A stretch of 61,711 nt of DNA, counting the filler, from Candidatus Woesearchaeota archaeon (GTDB lineage: Archaea; Nanobdellota; Nanobdellia; Woesearchaeales; BM511), in NCBI GenBank assembly GCA_023266675.1. It is 5 parts of 5 records of this genome, joined end to end, with 100 filler letters (N's around TTAATTAATTAA, not from the genome) between each part and the next. Parts side by side here need not be neighbours in the genome. Positions count along the whole stretch, not along the records: positions 35,677 to 53,206 come from JAHFPP010000024.1; 4 more parts are not named here. One strand, written 5' to 3'. A program made the translations under genes and the position numbers. Of the stretch, positions 40,154 through 47,662 are shown one piece after another (within the stretch, counting starts at the first letter, position 1; each line of letters starts with the position of its first letter). Under the pieces are notes generated by a model, which was not told the origin of the DNA, did no database searches, and saw nothing but the letters and a program-made list of their open reading frames with translations.

Positions 40154-40175
40154 CTGCAAAAGAATAAAAAAAAAA

Positions 40176-40739
40176 TTATATTTTTCCGACTAAATCCATT
40201 CCTGGCTTCAAGGTTTTGGCGCCAGGCTTCCAGTTCATTGGGCATACTTCTCCGCTGTGTGTTGAGACGTACTGCGCGGCCTTTAGTTTTCTTATGAGCT
40301 CTTCGCTTGAGCGGCCGATTGAGTTGTCGTTTATCTCATAAGATTTTAGTATTCCGTCAGGGTTTATTATTGCTGTTGCACGTAAAGATAATCCTTCATC
40401 TTCAATCAGTGTTCCATAAGCTGTGCATACTCTTTTTGTTGGGTCTGCAAGCATAGGATAGGTTATGTGCTTTATTGTTGGTGAGTTGTCATGCCATGCC
40501 TTGTGCACAAACGCTGTATCAACTGAGACGCTGATTACTTCTGCGCCTATCTTTTTTATCTCGTCATAGTGTGTTGCAAGGTCTCCTAGTTCAGTTGGGC
40601 AGACAAATGTGAAGTCAGCTGGATAGAAGAATAATACTACCCACTTTCCTTTGTAGTCCTTAAGTGAAATCTTCTTTATCTCATTGTCTATAAATGCGTT
40701 TTCTGTAAAATCTGGTGCTTTCTCGTTTATTTTTACCAT
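40176..40739 (-). CDS. ahpC: 2-Cys peroxiredoxin AhpC
   Basis: FYPADFTFVCPTEL, GEVCP.NW. Confidence 0.96.
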   Translation of the reverse strand: MVKINEKAPDFTENAFIDNEIKKISLKDYKGKWVVLFFYPADFTFVCPTELGDLATHYDEIKKIGAEVISVSVDTAFVHKAWHDNSPTIKHITYPMLADPTKRVCTAYGTLIEDEGLSLRATAIINPDGILKSYEINDNSIGRSSEELIRKLKAAQYVSTHSGEVCPMNWKPGAKTLKPGMDLVGKI

Positions 40740-40961
40740 TTTAACTCCTCCGTATATTCAATTTTTTAGTTTAGAATTACCAATGTTGACATTGATTTTA
40801 TCTAAACTGAGATATAATGTTTTATTTTTAAAGATTATCTTTAAGTTGAAGATTATATGTCGCCATTATTGATAAAGCTTATTGTTATAGTATGAAGCGT
40901 GTTCAAATGGCGGCATGCAGTGCAGAAACAAAGATACATTTTTATATATCATTTTTAAAAT

Positions 40962-41561
40962 ATGCTTATGAATGATGGCAGTAAAAAAATTAGGGGATAC
41001 AAAAAATTAGTATCGTATATGGCTAAAAACGAAAAGAAGATTTATACTTACCTTATTTTTACTGCAATAACCCTTCTTATGCTGTTTGCGTTTAATATTC
41101 TCAATTTGAGAAAAATAACAGCGTTTGTAATTTTTGTGCTTGTCGGAGGGGTGTTTAAGTATTTTATCTCAAGATACCGCATATTTATTGAGTTTACACC
41201 TATAGCATTTTTTGCAGTGATAGTGGCAAATTATATAGGTGTAATTGGTGTGATAATTTATCTTATTCTTGCCGATGTGATGCCATCCTACCTTGGACAA
41301 TATGGCCCTGACCAGGCATCGGTTCCTCATTGGACTTGGGTTTTTATTCTGTCGGTAATTACAATTCCATTTTTTAGCGCTTCAAACATTTTTGTATTAA
41401 TATTGATCCCAATAGTGTATTTTCTTGGATGCTTATTCCTTGAGCAGTTTGTGCTTGGAGGGCTTAACTCTGCCAAGTGGTTCTCATCAATTGGGTGTTT
41501 TGCAATCAACTTCTATTTTTTTATCAAATTTACAGGGTTCTTTGTCGGATTGATTGGTTGA
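40962..41561 (+). CDS. multi-TM membrane protein, distantly similar to 14435-15055
   Basis: about 6 TM helices; GG..KY...R.R..IEF. Confidence 0.7.
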   Translation: MLMNDGSKKIRGYKKLVSYMAKNEKKIYTYLIFTAITLLMLFAFNILNLRKITAFVIFVLVGGVFKYFISRYRIFIEFTPIAFFAVIVANYIGVIGVIIYLILADVMPSYLGQYGPDQASVPHWTWVFILSVITIPFFSASNIFVLILIPIVYFLGCLFLEQFVLGGLNSAKWFSSIGCFAINFYFFIKFTGFFVGLIG

Positions 41562-41647
41562 GAAATATTAAATTTTATTAATGTCGCTTATATTATAGAA
41601 TGGTTTTTATCGATAAATTTATAAAATAGTTATAAGTTCATTACTCT

Positions 41648-42547
41648 ATGGAAGTAACTTATTCTGTTGGGATACCTGTCAGAAATGAAGAGAGCACGAT
41701 AGTACAGACATTGGAAAGTATTCTTTCACAAAGTACACATCCTAGAGAGGTAATAGTTTGTGTAAATGGTTCAACTGACAATACTTATGCAATAACAACA
41801 GATATGGCGTTATCAGAAGATAAAATAAAAGTCATAACATCCTCTCCTGGAAAAGCAAATGCGTGGAACAGAATAGTGTCTGTATGCTCTGATAATACAA
41901 TGATGTTTTGCGATGGTGATGTAACAATTAATTCCGCTGCTGCAGAAAATATGATTAAAACGCTCTCAGGAAATCCGGAGTTGGTTTTAGTTGGTGGTTC
42001 AAATGCGTATTTTACCTCTAATCCAAATACTTTTTTTTCAAAATATTTTACTGAGGATACGCAAGGCAGACTTATCAAACCAAACTGGGTCACAGGAAGT
42101 TTATACATGACAAAGCTTAATGAATTGTTCACGCTTGCAGATAAGTTAAAAATTGAATTGATGCCTCCTGATATAATAAATGAGGACGGACTATTGGATG
42201 TTATTACAAAAGGACACAATGAAATCATTGATTCTGCTTACAGCACAATAATGAAAGTCTCAACATTCCATGATTGGTACATCCAGATTAAGCGAATTAT
42301 GGCAGGACAAAGACAGATTATAGAAAAACACCCAGATTATGCTTCTGACCCTCAGTTCTCACCGAAAAAATTACAGCATTATCTTGCAAGATTCAATGAA
42401 ATAGAGGGAATTGGTAAAAAGATTGGAGTAACCTCTTTGTTTTTATTAAGAAAAGCATTAGGCGTTTACTATAAGATTTCAGATAAACTGGATTACAATC
42501 CGATATGGGAAGAAGCTACGTCAACAAAAGTAAGATTGACAAATTAG
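41648..42547 (+). CDS. family 2 glycosyltransferase
   Basis: SVGIPVRNEE, VNGSTDNT, GKANAWN, FCDGD, NEDG. Confidence 0.9.
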   Translation: MEVTYSVGIPVRNEESTIVQTLESILSQSTHPREVIVCVNGSTDNTYAITTDMALSEDKIKVITSSPGKANAWNRIVSVCSDNTMMFCDGDVTINSAAAENMIKTLSGNPELVLVGGSNAYFTSNPNTFFSKYFTEDTQGRLIKPNWVTGSLYMTKLNELFTLADKLKIELMPPDIINEDGLLDVITKGHNEIIDSAYSTIMKVSTFHDWYIQIKRIMAGQRQIIEKHPDYASDPQFSPKKLQHYLARFNEIEGIGKKIGVTSLFLLRKALGVYYKISDKLDYNPIWEEATSTKVRLTN

Positions 42548-42607
42548 TGATATTGATTCTGTTATAGATTATTACGTGAAATTAGTTATAGAAGTATAAA
42601 GGGAGGT

Positions 42608-42671
42608 AGACCAACCTTTTAAAAAAAGCTCGAGCAAAAGATAGCGTATTCTTCAGAACAACAGAATACAC
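42608..42671 (+). repeat. dispersed hairpin repeat, partial copy C, next to the tRNA-Leu 3' end
   Basis: AAAAGCTCGAGCAAAAGA.AGCGTATT shared with copy B; AGACCAACCTTTTAA is the exact reverse complement of 24800-24814. Confidence 0.85.
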
Positions 42672-42697
42672 TTAACATGAATTAAGAATTGAAAAAA

Positions 42698-42860
42698 TGA
42701 GGAGGACGTGATTCGAACACGCGTAAGCACTAAGCTAATAGGTATCTTCAAATCATTGCCGATCGCTCGACTCAGCAGACCTGATTTGCCTAAGCCTATC
42801 CCGTCTAGCCACAATTAAAGCAAGACGCCTTAAAAGGTTTGGCCACTCCGGCACCTCCCC
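42698..42860 (-). tRNA. tRNA-Leu(TAG) with two introns (D-loop 34 nt at 42805-42838; canonical 37/38 45 nt at 42744-42788)
   Basis: removing both introns gives an 84-nt cloverleaf GGGGAGG-TG-CCGGAGTGGCCAAACGG-G-ATAGG-CTTAGGA-CCTAT-variable arm-GCGTG-TTCGAAT-CACGT-CCTCCTC-A; both introns fold as hairpins with relaxed BHB junctions. Confidence 0.85.
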
Positions 42861-42931
42861 AAATTCTGAAAAATGACGTGATTTAAAAACCTATCGGAAG
42901 TAATCTGAAAGAAGATAATTCCATAAATAAA

Positions 42932-43405
42932 TTAAAATTTAAATCCAGAAGCAATACTGTTTAGTAAATTAATTTCTTGCTCAGAAAAATCGCTTAGTAG
43001 ATAGGATAAATCAATTTCTTTTGGATTTGCCATGATACCTGTTGAAGAAGGCATTATAACTAATCCCGGAAGTCTAGGCACAAACTGGTCCTGTGTAAGA
43101 TCGATATAAACCTGGCTTTTTACATCAACATTAACAAAGTGTTTTCGTGAAAAATGACCTTTAAAGCTAGTTGGAGGAGTATAATCAACTTCTACAATCT
43201 TAAGTTGCAGCACACGCCTTACAACATAACTTGCATGCCCGCATCTATTGGTTGGAAATCCTTCAACCAAATGTTCTAATTCCTGTCTGATATCAATTAA
43301 AGAGTCATAATAAGGAAAGTTTCTTACTTCTTTGTCATTTAATATATGAGAGTCATAATTTAGGATCGATTTATAAGAATTGCAGTCACTTTGCGTTACC
43401 ATCAT
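42932..43405 (-). CDS. hypothetical protein, possible papain/transglutaminase-like Cys-His-Asp fold
   Basis: RCGHAS...KHFVN...YIDLTQDQF. Confidence 0.55.
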   Translation of the reverse strand: MMVTQSDCNSYKSILNYDSHILNDKEVRNFPYYDSLIDIRQELEHLVEGFPTNRCGHASYVVRRVLQLKIVEVDYTPPTSFKGHFSRKHFVNVDVKSQVYIDLTQDQFVPRLPGLVIMPSSTGIMANPKEIDLSYLLSDFSEQEINLLNSIASGFKF

Positions 43406-43635
43406 TAATAAAAAATTCTAGTTGTATATAAAATAAGATTATAAGGACACCATTAAAATCCAGTTTAATCTTAAAGTATATACTTGAGTATATAAAGTTT
43501 TAAATATAGCTGTTAACCTCACAGAGGAAGCCAGTGGAAATCGGGGGATTTAGTAATTTTAAAAAAAGCGATTAAAAGACTCGGTTTTACCACGATAGAA
43601 AAAAAATATTCAGACAAAAAATGGAGGTTTGAAAA

Positions 43636-43959
43636 ATGGGATTAAAAGAACAAATTGGACCGTGGTCCTTTATTGCAGGATTAATACTTGCATTAGTATT
43701 TGCATTTTTAGAAGCAGCACCATGGGTAGCATGGACACTTGGAGCAATAGGAATAGCAGTAGGACTATTGAACATAACCGATAAGGAAATCCAGTCATTT
43801 TTAATAGCAGCAGTAGCATTCGTAGTCTCAGCTAACAGCCTAGTTGACATCTTAAAAGTCGACTTTGTTGGAAAGTTCCTAGTAAACGTACAGTCACTTA
43901 TGGCACCAGCAGCAGCTGTTGTTGCAATAATTGCGCTATACAAACTAGCTAAAGACTAA
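43636..43959 (+). CDS. small 4-TM membrane protein
   Basis: GGAGGT Shine-Dalgarno; G.WSFI.G...VGLLNITDKE...FLIA; T-rich tract after the stop. Confidence 0.85.
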   Translation: MGLKEQIGPWSFIAGLILALVFAFLEAAPWVAWTLGAIGIAVGLLNITDKEIQSFLIAAVAFVVSANSLVDILKVDFVGKFLVNVQSLMAPAAAVVAIIALYKLAKD

Positions 43960-44162
43960 ATAAAAAACAAAATTATTTTTTTATTTTTTTAAATATTTTT
44001 TCTAAAAAATTCACTGATATGACAATTTTATTTTAATGTATGAATAGATAATCCTAATCTTTGATTTAGTTCTGATAGAATAATGTATAAATAATTCAGA
44101 CTAAGACCCAATTTTAATAGATAAAGTGATATTAAAGAATTAAAGTTATACATTAAGAATGA

Positions 44163-45455
44163 TTAAAAATTCCCAGTAAAAAACTGAAAGATTAGGTATG
44201 CATTAAAACATAGTATTACAACTGCAAACGTCCATGCAAAGAAAGTGGTTACTTTTTTATTGACTAAGTCGCCCATGATTTCTTTGTTAGAGCTAAAGAT
44301 TAACAGAGGAATTATTGGCAACGGAAGCAATATGCTTAAGACTGCCTGGCTGTATACAAGAACTTTTAATGGTTCAATTCCAAGCACAATTGCTATAGTT
44401 AGAGGAATAAGGTTTATGAATCTTGTAATAAGACGCCTTACCCATAGCGGGATTCTAAAATTAGTAAGTCCATCCATCACTGACTGTCCGGCAAGCGTAC
44501 CTGTAATTGATGATGAAACACCTGCGGATAGTAATGCAATTGCAAAGACAAGAGCTGCAACGCTTCCAAATAAGGGTATTAATGTAACGTGTGCGCCTTC
44601 CAAAGTTACTACCTGCGTGCTAAGTCCGTAAAACGCTGCTGCTGCCATTATAAGCATTGCAGCATTTATGAATGCAGCTACAATTAAAGCGAATACATCT
44701 TCAACAGCATGATATTCTAATTTTCTTTTCATGCCTTTAAATTCTGTGCTATGGGCTTTATTTTTTATAAGCCATGAATGAACAAATAACGCGTGAGGCA
44801 TGACGGTTGCACCGATAATTCCGACAGCTATTAATGCGCTTTGCGCTGTTAATATTGGGAATATTGAGCCGTGTATAATTCCTGCCAAGTCTGGTTTTGT
44901 AATAAATACTTCGTATACAAACGCAAAACCGATTAATGTGACAAAAAGTATAAACGCTTTTTCAAGATAATGAAATCTTTTTTCAGTTATTAATACTAAG
45001 AGCAAAACGTCTATTACTGCTATAAATGTTCCAAAAATCATTGGTATCCCAAAAAGAATTTTTAGAGCTACAACTATTCCCAGGAACTCTGCTAAATCAG
45101 TTGCGAGAATTACAATTTCCGCCATTATCCAGTAAAGCCATACTCCTAACTTGCTTTTTACATTAAGCTTAACGAGCTCTGCTAGTGAGTATCCTGCTAA
45201 ACCTATCTTTCCAGAAATATACTGAAAAAGCATCCCCATGCCAGACGCCATCCAGATTACCCATAAAAGGTCATAATTAAACTGAGCGCCTGCTGCAATA
45301 TTTGTGCCCCAGTTTCCAGGGTCCATATATGCAACGCTGACAATTAATCCTGAGCCAAAAAACATCCAGAATTTTCTGTCAAAAAACACTTTCCATAGAG
45401 GAATGCGTTTATTTAAATTAATGTTTTCGTCTGTTGTAGTTGTATCTGTATCCAT
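44163..45455 (-). CDS. mntH: Nramp-family divalent metal transporter MntH
   Basis: AYMDPGNW, GATVMPHALFVHS, GTLAGQ. Confidence 0.96.
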   Translation of the reverse strand: MDTDTTTTDENINLNKRIPLWKVFFDRKFWMFFGSGLIVSVAYMDPGNWGTNIAAGAQFNYDLLWVIWMASGMGMLFQYISGKIGLAGYSLAELVKLNVKSKLGVWLYWIMAEIVILATDLAEFLGIVVALKILFGIPMIFGTFIAVIDVLLLVLITEKRFHYLEKAFILFVTLIGFAFVYEVFITKPDLAGIIHGSIFPILTAQSALIAVGIIGATVMPHALFVHSWLIKNKAHSTEFKGMKRKLEYHAVEDVFALIVAAFINAAMLIMAAAAFYGLSTQVVTLEGAHVTLIPLFGSVAALVFAIALLSAGVSSSITGTLAGQSVMDGLTNFRIPLWVRRLITRFINLIPLTIAIVLGIEPLKVLVYSQAVLSILLPLPIIPLLIFSSNKEIMGDLVNKKVTTFFAWTFAVVILCFNAYLIFQFFTGNF

Positions 45456-45466
45456 AGTCTTTCCTT

Positions 45467-45868
45467 TTAAATTATTGGTATTAATTTTCCGTGCGGGTCT
45501 GTTTTTGGATTTCGCAGAAGTTTTCTCATCTGATCAATTGACTCATCAGAGAATGCGTGTTCTAATTTATGCGCTTCTTCATGAAGCTGGGAATCTGTTC
45601 TTTTTAGCACCTGTTTTAAAAAAAGTTCAATTATGCGGTGCTTTGATGTTAGGTACTCTGCTTTTTTCTTCCCTTTTGGAGTGAACTGAAGATTTGAATA
45701 TGGCAGACTTTTCACAAGCCCTTCCTTATCAAGCTTTTTCATCATTTCTGAAACAGAAGGCTTTGAAATGCCAAGGTAAGATGCGACATCAATTGATTTA
45801 AGCTCCCCTTTTCTCTCCTCAATAACATACAATGCTCGCAGATAGTCCTCTTTGTTTTGTGTTGTCAT
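45467..45868 (-). CDS. mntR: DtxR/MntR-family metal-dependent transcriptional regulator
   Basis: EDYLRALY, HRIIELFL, EAHKLEH, DPHGK.IP. Confidence 0.93.
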   Translation of the reverse strand: MTTQNKEDYLRALYVIEERKGELKSIDVASYLGISKPSVSEMMKKLDKEGLVKSLPYSNLQFTPKGKKKAEYLTSKHRIIELFLKQVLKRTDSQLHEEAHKLEHAFSDESIDQMRKLLRNPKTDPHGKLIPII

Positions 45869-45872
45869 TATA

Positions 45873-45890
45873 AGTTAGGTTGACCTAACT
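45873..45890. promoter_or_regulatory. DtxR-type operator AGTTAGGT-TG-ACCTAACT
   Basis: perfect 8-bp inverted repeat between the TATA (45893-45900, minus) and the ATG of the regulator; resembles the DtxR/IdeR TTAGG...CCTAA box. Confidence 0.85.
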
Positions 45891-45967
45891 CCTATATAAA
45901 TGTTTTGTAGAAAATGAACAAAGTTTTTATATTCATTATTTGTTCTTTACTTTACAGTAACTTCAAA

Positions 45968-46615
45968 ATGGCACTAGAGAAATTTTTTGATGAAGGAAAC
46001 AAAGTAAGTGTATTTGGCTCGTTTGTTTATCTGAGAGAATATGCATCCGATTTGGATCTGACATTATTTACAAGACAGCAAAGTTTACCATTTTACCCGG
46101 AATATTCTGAAGAGGTTATGCAATTTTTAGAGGATAATTTTGGAAGAATAGATCTGCCAATTGACTTCACAGGAAGAAGAGACAAAGTAGGCAAAGTCCC
46201 TTATGACTTGTCAAACCTTCCTGCTGATGACAGAAGACTTGACGGATACCTATTAACATGCGTTTTCTTCCCCGACAATTCATTTTTGGAAACACATTAT
46301 AAATCTATGATGGGAGAGGACTATTTAGCAAAAACCTGGCTGAGGCATGCAGAGGACATACAAAGAAATGGATTACAGGAGGCAAGATTAAACAAAAAAA
46401 ACAAAGACCTCGCTCTTCTCTTGAAATCCACAGAAAAAGTAGCAAACAACACGCATCCCTATTTGTGGGAGATAATAGGAGAGTTCTCTGAAAAACATAT
46501 TTCCTATAGGAGAATGTATGCTTCTGGCAACATAAATATCATTGAGTATGACAGAAGATTAGGTGATATGATACCAGAATTTGTATCTAGCGTAAAATCA
46601 AGATTAATAAACTAA
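45968..46615 (+). CDS. hypothetical protein
   Basis: start MALEKFF placed after AAAGTTTTTATAT promoter. Confidence 0.7.
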   Translation: MALEKFFDEGNKVSVFGSFVYLREYASDLDLTLFTRQQSLPFYPEYSEEVMQFLEDNFGRIDLPIDFTGRRDKVGKVPYDLSNLPADDRRLDGYLLTCVFFPDNSFLETHYKSMMGEDYLAKTWLRHAEDIQRNGLQEARLNKKNKDLALLLKSTEKVANNTHPYLWEIIGEFSEKHISYRRMYASGNINIIEYDRRLGDMIPEFVSSVKSRLIN

Positions 46616-46655
46616 ATTATAAATCAATAAAGAAAATTATTAAAAAAATAAAAAC

Positions 46656-46820
46656 TTATTTTTTCTGCCAAGCATACTTTCTAAGTTTTGAAGAATCGCC
46701 GTATCCGCATTTTGAGCAGACTTTTTTCCTTTTATGATAGGAATGTTCTCCGCATCTTCTGCAGTAGATATGGCTTTTTCCCCTTGATTGTTTTCCTTGT
46801 GATGCTGTTCCTTTTGTCAT
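46656..46820 (-). CDS. rpl37e: 50S ribosomal protein L37e
   Basis: manual translation [41 protein letters not shown]...RKYAW; follows Lsm as is typical in archaea. Confidence 0.95.
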   Translation of the reverse strand: MTKGTASQGKQSRGKSHIYCRRCGEHSYHKRKKVCSKCGYGDSSKLRKYAWQKK

Positions 46821-46834
46821 CTAAAAACACCTTT

Positions 46835-47059
46835 TTATGCTGGTGATATTATTGTTATTGTGTCGCCTCGTAAAAAGACTACGCCGATTTTTCTTTTTAA
46901 TTCGCCGTTTTCTCTTTCTTCAGCTTCTTCAAGTACAACGTTAATGTGAATGTCGAAAGCTTTCAAATTTCCTACATACTGCTTTCCGTTCTTTAATTCT
47001 ACTATTACTCTTTTATTTCTTGCGACGTTTAATGCGTCAAGTGGTCTTGCTGCGTCCAT
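46835..47059 (-). CDS. Sm-like archaeal protein (SmAP/Lsm)
   Basis: RPLDAL...V.VELK.G....G.L.AFD.H.N.VL..A.E...VFLRGD. Confidence 0.95.
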   Translation of the reverse strand: MDAARPLDALNVARNKRVIVELKNGKQYVGNLKAFDIHINVVLEEAEERENGELKRKIGVVFLRGDTITIISPA

Positions 47060-47258
47060 ATTAATCCCCTCAATGTCAAAAAATTTTGACAAAACTAAAT
47101 TTTTTATCAATTCTTTATGCTTAATCTTGCCAAGCATGCCAGAACTTTGTTCATGGCAAATTGAATATGTTTTGGATTTTGAATTACTTTATAAAGCTTT
47201 GCGTTTTATTTTGGAAATTTTCACGAGAAGGAATGATATATTGTTTTGGATTAAAAAG

Positions 47259-47615
47259 TTAGTAAGCTTTCACGTTCTTATCTATTTTTGACCATTCAAG
47301 TATGCTTCCTGCATAATTTGTTGCAGTATATCCCGCTTGATGCAAGATTTCTGATGCGTGGCCTGAGCGCCCACCAGAACGGCAGTAAACTATTATTTTG
47401 TCAGACTTTTTGAATTTTGGAAACTTGTATTTTTTCTCAAAATCTTTCTCAGACATGTTCAAAACACTTCCAAAATCCGACAAAGGAACATTTTTTGAAG
47501 TTGGTATTACTCCGTGAACAAGCTCGTTTTTTTCCCGAACGTCAATTAAAACATAACTCGCTTTATCTGCAATCAGCTTCTGAAGCTCTTTTGTTGAAAT
47601 TATTTTTACTTGCAT
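47259..47615 (-). CDS. rhodanese-like domain protein
   Basis: LIDVRE..E...G.IP, YCRSGGRS, Y.GS..EW. Confidence 0.92.
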   Translation of the reverse strand: MQVKIISTKELQKLIADKASYVLIDVREKNELVHGVIPTSKNVPLSDFGSVLNMSEKDFEKKYKFPKFKKSDKIIVYCRSGGRSGHASEILHQAGYTATNYAGSILEWSKIDKNVKAY

Positions 47616-47662
47616 AAACTAAAAGTAAAAATAGTTGATATTTAAAATTATGCTTATCATTA

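Noticed and set aside
40857..40930. Hairpin considered as a fluoride riboswitch, C/D or H/ACA guide RNA
   Set aside because: Lacks the GGCGATGG/TGATG fluoride core, C/D boxes, and an ACA directly after the stem; kept only as an unclassified candidate
44066..44104. Imperfect inverted repeat TTAGTTCTGA...TCAGACTAA between convergent genes
   Set aside because: Short, bulged and AT-rich; could be chance or a simple terminator
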